Positions 26,201 to 38,241 of a stretch of DNA of 64,000 nucleotides are shown one piece after another. The DNA comes from Vicugna vicugna (Eukaryota). Each line of letters opens with the position of its first letter. Within the stretch, counting starts at the first letter, position 1. The position numbers were made by a program, and so were the translations under genes. The stretch covers positions 5,905,779 to 5,969,778 of the forward strand of contig MU058198.1 of NCBI GenBank assembly GCA_013265495.1, in the 5' to 3' direction. A model generated the notes under the pieces. That model searched no databases. It was not told where the DNA came from and worked only from the letters and a program-made list of their open reading frames with translations.

Positions 26201-28620
26201 ATTGATCTTGTATCCTGCAATCTTGCTAAATTTAATCCTAATACTTTTTGTTTGGTTGTTCATCCTAGTATATTAATATTCAATTGAATTTGTATATTGA
26301 TCTTGTAGCCTGCAGTCTTGCTAATTAGTCCTAATAGTTTTCATTTGGTTCTTTGTTTGCTTTGTTTCATTCTATTTTCTTGGTTTGGATTCTTTAGGAT
26401 ATTGTATATACAAGATCATATCATCTGCAAACAGAAATGCTTTACTTCTTTCTTTCCAATCTGGATATCATTTATTTCTTTTTCTTGCCTAACTGCTTTG
26501 GCTAGAACCTTCAGTACAGTGAGAGTGGACATCCTTGTCTTGTTTCTGATCATTAGAGGGAAAGCTTCAAGTTTTTCGCCATTAAGTGTGATGTCAACTG
26601 TGGGATTTTAGTAAATTCTTTTATCATATTGAGCTTGCTTTCTTTTTCTGATGGATATTTTTGCTGGAAATAACATTCAAAGTTGGCTTTTAAGTATATT
26701 TTTGTCTTTAATTTTTAAAATAGTTTTTCTAGAATGTGCCTCGATGTGATTTTCTTTGTATTTGTTTTTTTGGGGGTCAGGTGAGGTGTGGCTGTAGACT
26801 TCTTGAATCTGTTCCAATGATAGTTTTAAAAAACTTTTAAGCAGTATTTCTATTATTGATTCTGAGTTGTTCTCTCTCCTCTTTTCTTAACTCCAAATAC
26901 ATGTGTGTTAGACCTTTCCACAGTGTCTCATATGTCTCTTTTGTATTTGTCTCTGTATTTTAAACATTTTTCTCTGCATGCTTCAATTTGATAATTTTCT
27001 ACCAATCTTCCAGTTTACCAATCCCCTTTTCTGAATTTCTAATCTATAGTTAAATTAATCTATTAAGTACTTATAGATTTCAAATATTGTATTTTTCAAC
27101 TCTAGAGTTTCTACTTTTAAATAGATTTAAAAGTATTTCTGGTGGAGTCTTGAACAGACTAATCAAGTATTCTAAGTCCTGTCTGATAAGGCCATTTTCT
27201 GAATCACTTATGGGTCTGTTTCTGGGTTTGTTTTTTGACTCTTGGCATTTGGTCATTTGGCACTGTTTTCCTGGCTTGTCTTGTTAATTTAACTGAATGC
27301 TGAACATTGTGTATGAAAAATATAGAGGCTTTAGATGCAACGTATAAGCAAACATATAGCATATAGGCAGATCATTCTGATGCAGTGAAGGCTGAACTAT
27401 TTCTAATTTTTTCTTATTCCCAAGGCATAGCCTTTCCTGAATAACTGGGTATGTACCAGGACCCATTTTTTTCTGGCCAGGCTTTAAACTCCAGTTTTTT
27501 CCTGACTATTGTGAAACTGACAAAAATCTCTTCTTAGGTTTCAGCCTGTTACCAGATGCTTTCTGCTAGGTTTCTTGAAACATAACTCATTTGCAATGAC
27601 TTGGCAAATTACTTGAAGGGAAATTGCATGCAGAATTTCAACACATTTTCTTTCTCTCTGACACCCTGGCCTCTCAAATAGTATCTAACTTGACAGCTTT
27701 CTCGTGCTTTCTAATGTTTTTTTTTTCCTCCTCCTTAGTAGTTGTTCTCAGTAAGAGGGTTAGCAGGATACCAGCTACTCCATCATAGCCAGAAGTGAAA
27801 GTCCCCCTTTTGTATTTTATTTTATAGACTTAAGATTCACTTGCATTTAAAATGTTGTGAAATAGTTCAGACATACAAAAAGGTATAAAGAAAAATATAA
27901 GTAACACCCATGGTAGCTTCACTCAGTTTTATCGAACTGTTGAGACCCTGAAGACCCCCTTCTTATCACATCTGCCCGCCTTGGCTACATTATTCAGAGT
28001 TTGGTATTTCTCACACCCTTGGATTTCTCTACATATTCAGGACACACATATATTCACCCAAACAAAATCTAGAGTTGCTTTACAGGTGGCTAAGTGTGAC
28101 TCGGTGTTACGACGCCTGTTTTCTTTTCTGGCTTGCTTTTCTTTTGCTCCACTGTTTGTTAATAAGAGCCACTTGCTTTGTTGTGTGAAGCTATGATTCA
28201 TTTTCACATTGAGTGATTACACCGCAATTTATTTTTCCGTTCTCTTGCTGATGGATATTTAGGTTGTTTCCAGTTTTTCATTAAAATCAACGCTGCTATA
28301 AACATTTCTGCCTATGCTTCTCGGACTCGTGTGCCAGAGCGTCATTAGTAGTCTGCCGAGCAGTGAAATCGCTGGTGTTTAAGGCAAATGCTTGTTCACT
28401 CATTAGACCAGGCCAGACTCTTTTCCAGACCAGTTGGATTAATTTACATTTCCACTGGCTGTGGATGAGAGTTCCCATTAGTAGTTGCCATGGCCTCAGC
28501 CCCATGCGATGTTGTCAGATGTTTAGTTTTTGCTAATCTGATAAAATTAAAATAGCATGGAGTTGTGGTTTTAATTTGCATTTCTCTATTGACTGAAGTT
28601 AAACACTTTGTATACTCCAT
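21230..28620 (-). mobile_element. Stack of nested antisense L1 fragments of several ages (~21230-22370, 23150-23645, 24170-26630 and older flanking pieces); (TG)n at 22660-22712 and 23216-23243
   Basis: Minus-strand translations give L1 ORF2 C-terminal motifs ([35 protein letters not shown]). Confidence 0.88.
25988..26179 (+). mobile_element. tRNA-derived SINE (Vic-1-like) inserted in L1
   Basis: GGGTATAGCTTACGTGGTCGAGCG...GGGTTCAATCCC, A-rich tail. 17-bp TSD AAAATACAGTTGA(T/C)TTT at 25971-25987 and 26180-26196. Confidence 0.88.
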
Positions 28621-30349
28621 AGCCCCTGCTTCCATCTGATTTCCTACCACCAATCTTCTCTACTTCCCCAGAATCTCATGAAATTCGGCCAGCTTTTAGT
28701 CCAAATGACCACAACCTCAGAATTCATTTCTTGGCACCAAAGCCTGGTGGTTAAGCACCTCTCCAGGGCTCCATCCCATCCAGGATTGTACCGGAGTGCT
28801 TCCCATACAGTGATGCATTTTGTGCTGACAATAGTCATGACCCCTGTTTCTCAGATGAGAAAACCGAGAATCAGAGAGGTCAGGAACTTGCCCCAGGGCA
28901 CACAGCTGGCACCTGGCAGACTCCATACCAGGTACTCTTCGCTCCTTGGTAGGAGGCTGCAGAGATGAGGTGCTGCTGCGGGAGCAACCTGAGCAGGGAG
29001 GTTCTCAGGGCAACCTCTGGCCTTCGCTCAGGAAGCACATCTGGTGGTCTGGGTGCCTCTGGGCAGTAAGTTTCTGTTCCCCTTGGGAGTCAGCTGAGTG
29101 TGAAGTCCCAGAAAGGGATGGATTCAGTGCAGGGAGGGCAGTGGGACGGGGAGGTGTTCCTACTCGGTGCTGTGGGAACAGGAGGAGAAGGCTCTGTCAT
29201 TCAAGACTGATGTTTCCCAGAATCAAATGGCTTATTTTAGATGATGTTCAATATCCCTGGACTCCCTAGCGAGAGTTAGACCCTTTTCAAATTTCTTTCA
29301 ATCCTCGGATGATGCAGGGGGCGAGAATCTCAGTTTGGTGCCAGTAAGGCTTAAATACCTCTGTGAGACTCTTTAATCTCCCCTTTTAAACAAAGGCAAA
29401 CTAGATCTCCAACTTCTAAGAGTCTTAAGCAGGGAATAGTATCTCGCAAAAATTTAATGATTGTCTTTTGCTTTCCTTGTATTTAGTTTTTACATTTCAT
29501 TGTATTTGGTTTTATGGTAAGTTCATTGCTTTAAGAGACACTGATATCGCATCTGCTATATTCCAGGCACTGTTCCAAATGCTTTACAGATACTGACTAA
29601 TTCTCCCAAGGACCCTATGAGGTAGGAACGGTTATTATTATCTCCATTTTACAGAATGAGGACTCTTGAGACCCAGAAAGGTTAAGTAAACTTCCCAAGG
29701 TCACACAGCCTGTAAACAGCAGTGCAGGGATTTGAACTGAGGCAGGCCGGCCCCAAGTCTGTGTCTGAACCACTGTGGTGCACACTGCCTCCCTGTTTCA
29801 TACCAGTTCCCTGTTGATGGTAGTGACATTATATTTTCTTTTGAGACATGTTTATTGGAGCAAAACAATGGGAGGCAAGGTAAAGATAAATAGCAAGTAG
29901 ATAATAGCACCAGTAAAAACCTGGAGGGTGGTAAGTGGCAGGAGTTCTGGAACATTCTGACACGGCTTCATGGATGCAGGGGTAGAGCAGGTGGGCCATG
30001 AAGACTGAGTTTAGAGAGATCAGGTGGGGGAAGGTGTTCAAGGAGAAGATGCAGAGCAAGAACTTGCCTTGTGCGAAGGCAGGGAGGCATGGTGGGGCCT
30101 GGGGTGCTGAGTAATTTGGAGCAGCTAGCCAGTAGAGCAAGAATCCAGCCCCTTGCACAGCTCTTTACGGTTCACAGTCACTGACACATCTGCTTTCCCA
30201 CTGACTCTTAACTGCCAGGTGCTGTGGGCATTCTTGTCCTCAATTTAGAGATGATAACTGAGGTCAGAGAGTAGAAAGGCTCTTCTTTAGAAGAGCTATT
30301 TTTTGCTCCATGATGCTCTGGCTTCAAATTCTGGCTCTTTGCTCTACTC

Positions 30350-30790
30350 CACTGTATCAGACATCTTTGGTGGCAAGCCACAGAAACAAAATTCAACAAA
30401 ATAGGTGGGTTTTTTGCTTATGTAAATGAAAAACCCAGATGTGGACATCAGGTACAGCTGGATCCAGCTGCCATGTGCACTCTGGATCTGTATTTCTCAG
30501 GATTGACATCATTTTCATCTTTCTAAGAAGTGACAACGATGGCTACCAGCTTCCAGCAGACACTCCAAAGAGTACCTTTTTACTAGAGTTCTAGGAAAAA
30601 TTCCCAGACTGTTCTCCTTGGCCTTGTCTGGGTTGGTTTCCATCCCTAATCCATTCACTTGGCCAGGCTGGTGGGGTGCTTTACTGGCCAGGCCTGGGTC
30701 AAGTGCTCACCCTATGGAGAAAGGTTCAGGTCAGGTCAGCTCCAGTTTGAAGAGTTGTTCATTAGAGGGGAAGAGATGCCAGGCAGACAG
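30350..30790 (-). mobile_element. Old MaLR LTR (MLT1J/K-like)
   Basis: TGGTGGCAAGCCACAGAAAC...CAGGTACAGCTGGATCCAG...TACTGGCCAGGCCTGGGTCA. Confidence 0.55.
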
Positions 30791-32621
30791 AAGCAGTAGA
30801 TACATCCCCGCCATCCCCAGGGGCCTGTGTGTCATTTGTGCTGAGGAATCTGGAGGCATGTGGAGCCTTGAATCTGGGCAAAGGAAATTGTGCTTTATCC
30901 TGTGGTCGCTTGATAGAGCACCTGGGAGTGACATGGACAGAGCTGTGCCAGGCCTTGTGCTGAGGCTGGAGTCACGGATGTGGACACGCCAGTGAGGGGC
31001 AGACATGGACTCCACCTCCTGTAACTGGAGGTCGGATGCTCCAAGTATGAGAAGGGGGCTCCTCCAGGGTGGGGAGTCAGGCAAGGTCAGTGGTCCTTAA
31101 AGCAGATACTGTTTTATTTTGTTTTCCATATAATGATTCATTTAAAAAGTTTCAAGATCCTTTAAAGCCTGTTTCTTTTGTATATATATATATTTTTTTT
31201 AAATTGAAATATACTTGATTTACAATGTTGTGTTTCTTAAGGCAGATTTAAATGGTATTTGCTCCAACATTATTTTATTTTAATAGTGATGTTATTCCTT
31301 TTAACATGTGTGGGGGTAAAAAACACAACTATGGACACTATGACTTAGATGAGGTTGGAGTTAAATGTCTAAGTACGTTCACTTAGGGGAGAATACATTA
31401 AATAAATAATAGTGCACATGATGTGCCAATTCTTTGAAAATGAGACATTTTGAGACCTCTTAGCTTGATCTTACTAGGGGTCCTCCATTTCTGGTGCTCT
31501 GAGTTCTGTATGCATTGCAGCTGTGTGTGTGCGTCAGGGGCCCTGCGGGGGGCCCAGCGATTCTGCACATGGCTTCCTGAATTCTCGCAAGAATCCTGGA
31601 GACAGGCTTTACCACCTTTACTTACGAGGCTCAGAGAGGGGGAGTGATGAGCCCAGAGCCACACAGCTGAACGTCTCTGTGCCCCTCACCGCTTCTTGCT
31701 TGGTGACCTGTTAGGGAGCTCAGAGGGAGCTCTCGAGGGGGCCAGAATAGGATCTGGGGAACGCGAGCTCAGGGATGGTGTCTGAAAGGAGTCACGCGTG
31801 TGACTTGGTCCCCACATGGGTCAGCCCTCTACGCTTCAGTTCCAGCTACACCCCTGTCATGGGGGTCGGTCTGGGTAAGGCTCCAGGACCCACCAGCCTC
31901 TGGCTGGTACCTCCTCAAGCAGGCAGAGAGCTGGGGGCCAGCCTGCTGGTTGTCCCTCTGCCCAGGGCACTGGAGTCTGCTCTTCCTGGATAGGCTGGCT
32001 CTGTTCTCCAGAGAGGTCTCTTCTCCACCTCACGCAGATCAGAGAGTCCAGGTCGTCTTCGTGTGATCAGGCTAAGTTCATCTTAGGTATTCACCTGAGG
32101 TTTCCTTTGTGGGCTAATCTTGGATTTGTTATTTAGTAGGAAGCGAATTCATTGGGGAAACCTCGACCTGGGGGTTTTGGGGGATGGGGCACTCAAGCTG
32201 GCTTCTTGTCAAATACCATTTTCCAAACCACCCCTCCCCAACCCCCCATCTTCTTTCTTGTCCAGATGAATAAATGTGCACACATCACGCTACAGCAGCA
32301 GGCTTAGCAGGGGTGGAGGAGCAGCAAGCTTCTCCCCTTTTGAGCTCCCTTCTCATCTGGGGCTGTGCAGGGAGCACAGGGAGAAGGTGGGAGAAGTGCA
32401 GAGGGATCGGAGGGGCGAATCAGCCACTTCTAAAGGACAGGAATCTGTGGGGACACCCATGGGCTCCTGACACTCTTGCTTTTCAGAGACAAATCCCAGA
32501 ATCTGAGGCAAATCTTCCAAAGGAGGGATGGGGGCCCGAGGGAGGCTCTCCAGGGTTCCTTGGTCCCCAGGCCCGGGCCCACACTCTCGCTGTGTGTCTC
32601 TTCCAGGCTCCAGGAAGCAGC

Positions 32622-32670
32622 ATGCTGTGTGGCTGGGCTGCCCCTTTCCTCCTGCTGATGCTCCAGGGAG
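32622..32670 (+). CDS. IL21R: IL21R coding exon (exon 2): signal peptide MLCGWAAPFLLLMLQG
   Basis: Acceptor ttccag|G at 32607, ATG at 32622, donor G|GTAAGT at 32671. Confidence 0.95.
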
Positions 32671-33680
32671 GTAAGTGACTACTTCATGGTCCACAGGTGG
32701 GGAGCACCCAGGACAGGGCTAAAGGCCACAGGGTCGGAGTCAGTGGCATCTGTCCACTTGCAGCCGACACGGGTCCAGTGGCCACCTCTGCATTACCCAG
32801 AACCCATCCAACCAGAGAGCTCCATCATCAAGAACTGGGTCCTGTGTGTCCCATGTGGCCCAGCCCTCCCGCTGCGGGAATGAGAGACTTCATCCTTTTC
32901 TGCAGCTCTCTGCCTTGGGTGGCTCCCATCCCTCAGAGTGAGGAAGTCCTGCCTTTGGTCTAACCTCAGTTTCTCCTCATCTCGTAAGAGGTGTTTTTCA
33001 ACAACCACTGGATCCACAGCCAGCACTGGTGTTCCCCAGCGGGCAGGAGCGGGGCCGTGGAGACAAAGGCAGCTGAAAGCCTTGGACGGCAGCCCCAGAG
33101 GACCAGAGGATGTTGCAGTCAGAGGGAGAGATATTAGAGACCTGAGCTGGGAAAGTCCAGGAGTTAGATATGAGGGCACAGTCAGAACTGAGAGATCCAG
33201 GAAGCTTTCCCAGAGGAGGCGAGACACAGCACACAGGCTGGAATGGGGGCCGGACTGGGGTCAGGGGCGCGCTCAGCCACTGCTCTGCTGACTCATCTGC
33301 ATTTCTGTCTGGTTTTTACCGAAAGACCCAGAGCCTCAAATAGCTCCATCAGGAAACAGATGTTTCCAGAAACGAGTTCCTATATTTTCCCTTTACCAGT
33401 GGTCAGCGCACTGTCCTGGCTCTAAAGGGACTTGAGGTCCCCCACTGCAGCTCCACCCACCAGGGGCACAAATGACAAGCCCCTGCTGTGTCCTGGGCGC
33501 TGAGCACCCTCGTTCCCTTTTCCCGACAGTCCCCAAGGTCCCTGCTGCAGTGACGCCCAGCTCTCAGTCGAGGAAGCTGAGGCTCAGAGTGGATAAGGGA
33601 GAGGTCCTGGGCCACACAGCCGGGCAGTGGCGAGCTGGGATTGGTTCCCAAATCTGCCTGATTCCCGTGGCCTTAACTGC

Positions 33681-33819
33681 CTTTTTTTTTTTAATTTTTC
33701 GTTTTTGGTGCGGGAGTTAATTAGGTTTACTTACTTAGTTTTAGAGGAGGTACTGGGGATTGAACCCAGGACCTTCTGTATGCTAAGCATGCACTCTACC
33801 ACTTTAGCTATACCGTCCC
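33681..33819 (-). mobile_element. tRNA-derived SINE (Vic-1-like)
   Basis: A/B boxes on -, poly-T head on +. TSD GTGGCCTTAACTGC/GCGGTCTTAACTGC. Confidence 0.87.
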
Positions 33820-35629
33820 GCGGTCTTAACTGCTTTTATGCAGAGAGTGCCACGTGCAGGCAGCGTGGTCTGCACCGGTGTGATATCATCCAAATACCCC
33901 TCCAAGGGGTCAGTATCCCCAGCTTACAAACAGGGACTGGAGCAGTCATGAGTCACGTGTCCACTTTCCATGCCTCTCACTGTCCCCCTCACCCTGTGAT
34001 AACCCTGGGGTCTCTGCCCAGTGGTCAGCGTCCTGACCAGGTGACTGGGTTTTTTACTCCCTCTGGTTCCTGATGCCACCTCCACGCTACTTCAGGGGCT
34101 GCTGTCCCCTCCCCAGTTTCATTCCAAGTTTGGGACAAACTCTGTCCCTTGATGGCCTCGAGCCTACCTAGGAATGGCAGCTCCTTGCCAAGTTCTGGAA
34201 CTCTGAGAGAGAACAACCAGGATGTAAACTCAGAGATGACAGCCACATGGGTTTAGGTCCTGCCAAAATCCATCCTGTGTTCTCCACAAGGTATCTGAAC
34301 TAGCCCCTCTGTGCCCACTAACAGGCCTTGTGTTCCTCCCGGGGGAAGCTTCCTCCAAGAACAGTATTCGTGTCTACATCTCAGATCCCTTGGGAGTGTC
34401 TGCCCGGGGCCACTCAGCTGCAGTGAGAAGGATGCTGAGGCCACGCCCAAGGGAGCAAGAGAGCCATGAGTGATTAGCAATGTCTGCCACGTGTGTGGAG
34501 GTGTAGAACTAGCATGGATTCGATTCGACCTTTCCTGGGTCTCAGCAGCCCAGACCGAGAGAGAGATAGGAGGTGTGGTCCAGCCTCACAGCCTCAGTGT
34601 TCTCATCTGTAAAATGGCTGTGGGCACGGGTGAAAGGATGTTTCCAGCAATGGTGTCGTGGGCTCCAAATCCAGCTTCTGACCTAGACGGAGCCCTAGGA
34701 AGACAGTCCTACCGCCCCTTGGATCTTCATTAGTCAAGGAAAAATAGGGAAAAGCCACTAAAAGTGAATCTACGTAAAAGGGGAACAGATTTCTGGTAAA
34801 TAGGAGGGGAAATGGCAGCGCTGCTACTTGGTCTTACAAAACAAAACCGAACTAAAACTTCTTAAATGTCTTTTGCCAAACATTCAACAAAATGTAGATT
34901 ATGATGACGCCTCTATTTTTTGAACAAAGTGAACCAATTAATGTTGGAGGTGGGAAAGTATTAAATTGTCCAACAAAATTGCCTGAGGGGAACATGCCTG
35001 TGTCACTTGTGGCAGTGGTGGTGGTGGTGGTTTGGGCAGTAGGATGACACAGACATTTTGGCAGAAGGAGTCAAAGGCTTCTCAGTTTTCAGAAGGTTTC
35101 TGACTCCTTTGAAGCGCTGCCAGGTCCCTGAGGTCCACGTCCTGTCTTGGACCAGCCGCTGTGAGCAGACGGCTCCTCCCAGTCGGGGCTTCGAGACCCT
35201 TGCAGCCCCTCTCTCACTGACTTCATGAATCCCTCTCACGGGCTGTCCCTGTTCGCCTGACATCTGGGGAGTTCAGGACACGCCACCTGGAGGGGGAGAC
35301 CTGCCGGGAGGGATGCTGACCTGCGGGCTGGACACAGGGCTCGTGGGGAGAGGGCTGGGGGGACCCACTGAGTTTATGATGTTCACATTAGCGGAGGCCT
35401 GTCTCCATAACAAGTTTTCAAACTCTGGGGGCTCAAAAACAAAATTCTCATGTGGCAAAGTCCCCCTTGCCCGAGGCCTATATCTTAATGGCCCTTGGGT
35501 CACCATATTCATCCTAGCTGTGGGACCCCTGCTACAATGCATCCTCCAACCCTCGAGGGGGTGAGGGGGTGACAGGGGTGAGGGCTCTGCAGTTCCCTCA
35601 TCGAGGCCTCTGTCTCCCTGACCCTCCAG

Positions 35630-35732
35630 CCTGGGGCTGCTCAGACCTCATCTGCTACACCGATTATATCCAGACAGTCACCTGCATCCTGCAGACATGG
35701 ACCGTGCACCCCGACATGCTCACCCTCACCTG
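35630..35732 (+). CDS. IL21R: IL21R exon 3: (A)WGCSDLICYTDYIQTVTCILQTWTVHPDMLTLT(W)
   Basis: ccag| acceptor, |GTAAGT donor, 103 nt. Carries the conserved CxDLxCYTDY motif. Missed by the ORF track. Confidence 0.96.
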
Positions 35733-36278
35733 GTAAGTGGCCGGGCCTCAGGGTAGCCCTGGAGAGCTGGGATGGGGGCAGGGCCGCCAGAGACCACAGA
35801 CTGTGTTGGACCTACTGTGTGCCTGGCAGGTGGTTAGCAATGAAAACGAAAGCTGCCTCTTCCTGAGGGCTCTCTCAGCCATTTCACCAAGAGCATTTGA
35901 TTTCAGCCCAAGAAGGACCGTGAGCTGGAAATCACCGTGCCCATCTTGCAGACACCCACACGGGGCTCGCGAGACTTGTCAAAGCAGGGCAGCTTTGTCC
36001 AGCCCCAAAGACAAAACTCTCTTGCCTGCACAGGGCTGACTGTGGTTTTGAGACCTCAGGGTGGCTAGACTCCCACACGAGTTTTCTGAAACTGGCATCC
36101 TGTTACGCTTCACGTGGATGATCATTTCTGAGCCTTACAGTTATTTTACAAATGAGGACACTAGGGTTCAGAGAGGTTATGCCATTTGCCCAAGGTCACA
36201 GAGCCAGTGAATGGTGGAGCTGAGACGCAAACACAGGCAGCCTGACTCCGAAATCCACGGGTCCCGATTAGTGTATAT

Positions 36279-36723
36279 TGTGAAAGAAAAAAAATTTATT
36301 CGTGCCCCTTGTTAAAGGATGGTAAAGCAGACTTGATTCAAGACCATCAAGATAGGTGTAGGGACCACTGCACGGGCTTTGCAGTAGGGAAGAGGGATTG
36401 AGCTAAAGGCTGAATACGAGGAAGATTGGGTATTGATCGCTAAGGAGCAGGGGCAGGGCTGAGGGTCAGTGGGTGGAAAATTACTAAGAGGCAACATCAG
36501 GGAGGAGGGGCTTCTGGCTAAACCAGCCATCACCTGGGGGAGGGGGGAGGATGATGGTCCCCATCAGATATGGAGGATGGAGGATTCGGACCAAACTGGC
36601 TTTAGCAGGGTTCTTGCTAAAATTAGGCACGGCAGAGCATGGAAGCCCCAAAGTCAGGACCTAGTTGAGGTGAGAGTTCCGAGCAGCCTGAATTGAATCT
36701 GGTCAAGGAGAGATTCTTTGTCA
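36279..36723 (-). mobile_element. ERV1 solo LTR (MER31-like) in IL21R intron 3
   Basis: Minus strand starts TGACAAAGAATCTCTCCTTGACCA. TG..CA termini and 4-bp TSD ATAT (36275-36278 and 36724-36727). Confidence 0.8.
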
Positions 36724-38041
36724 ATATGCTGCTCAGGATAAAGAACAGCTGGCTTTCATTCTGTTGTCACCAGTTTCTTCATTCACTTATTTATTCAGAC
36801 ACTTACTTATCAAGCTCTTGCCAGACCCTTGCAGGCACTGGGGGGCCCAGCAGAGCCCGAGACCAACAAGGTCCCACGTGTCCTGGAGCTGACACATTGC
36901 AGTGGGGAGTGGCTGGGGAGACCAACAGTAAACACATAACAGCCAGCAGGATGCTTTCTGAGAACAAGGAATGCTCTAAAGAACAGGACTGTCAGGCAGA
37001 GAGCAAGTGACATGCAGGGAGGGTCTCCTTTAGCCGGGGTGGTCAGGGCAGACCTCTCTGGGTGAGAAGGAGGCAGCCTGCGAGCTGAGGAAAGGGCATT
37101 CCAGGCAGCGGGCACTGCACGTGCAAAGGTCCTGAGGTAGGAGACAGGCTAGTGACTTTGAAAAATAGTGAGGAGGTCAGTACAGCTGGAGCAGAGTGAG
37201 CCAGCGTGAGGGAGAGTAACAAGAAGGTTCGAGGTAGGCAGGGGCCAGCTTTTATTGTGTGGGTTGTGAGAAACCACCTGAGGGTTTTTAGGCATGGGGG
37301 GTGACGGGGAGTTTTTAAATGTCCCCCTGGTGGCTGTGCAAGAGGTTTGGAGAGCATTTATTCAGCAGAAGTTTCTATTTCAGCAAATATTTATCAGGGA
37401 ACTGAGTTCACACATCTGTGTTAGCCTTGGAGCGTGGTCATGTTCACAGCTTGAAGATGTAGGCAGGGGAATAAATATCTGGTGAACTCCTATACATACT
37501 TCAAAATCCAGTTTCTGCCCGTGGCAGATCAAAAGCCAGAGCATTTCCCTCCAACCTTATACCAACAGCCTTCCTGGAAGTTCACCCAAAGTAGGGGATG
37601 AAGTTCATTTGGCTCTTATCTTGGCCCTGAGCACAAGCACTTATTAGGATTCAGCAGATGTTGGACAGAAGGGGGGCAAGAAGGAGACCTGAAATGCTTA
37701 GCATCCTTCTTGTAGGACAGTGATCCAGTTGATAGAACTGGCAGGGACAAATTTAGGCTTGGTCCAGACAAGAATGGCCCAAATTTGCAAAGTTGAGAGT
37801 TATTGTCCTAAATGAGGTAGTGAGTTCCTGGTCCTTTGGAGGTGTGCGAGCCAACCCTGTACACAGTTCATCAGGGCTGCTTCGGGGAGGGGGTGCATTC
37901 CCTGGGAAAACGGCGGTTGGACCAGGTGCCCCGTAGCCCTACCTCAAATCCCTCCCAGACCCAAGAATCTGGGCTTCGACCTTGGCCTTGTGCATTAAGC
38001 TTCCTGGCCTCCAGCCATGACCAGCTGCTCTGTCCTTGAAG

Positions 38042-38241
38042 GCAAGACTCCTATGGAGAACTGGAGGACAATGTCACTTCCTGCAGCCTCCGCCCATCCA
38101 CCCACAACGCCACGCATGCCAAGTACACGTGCCGCATGGATGTGGTCCCGTTCATGGCCGACGACATTTTCAGCGTCAACATGACAGACCCGTCTGGCAA
38201 CCATTCCCAGGAGTGCGGCAGCTTTGTCCTGGCTGAAAGCA
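38042..38241 (+). CDS. IL21R: IL21R exon 4: [16 protein letters not shown]...[10 protein letters not shown]...[10 protein letters not shown]
   Basis: gaag| acceptor, |GTGAGT donor, 200 nt, phases match both neighbours. Confidence 0.96.

Noticed and set aside
31088..31460. AT-rich block possibly a hAT-Charlie MITE
   Set aside because: I could not confirm terminal inverted repeats or a TSD, so it is left uncalled.
32601..32621. Three AG acceptors spaced 7 nt apart before the IL21R ATG
   Set aside because: All lie in the UTR and leave the protein and the -3 Kozak base unchanged.
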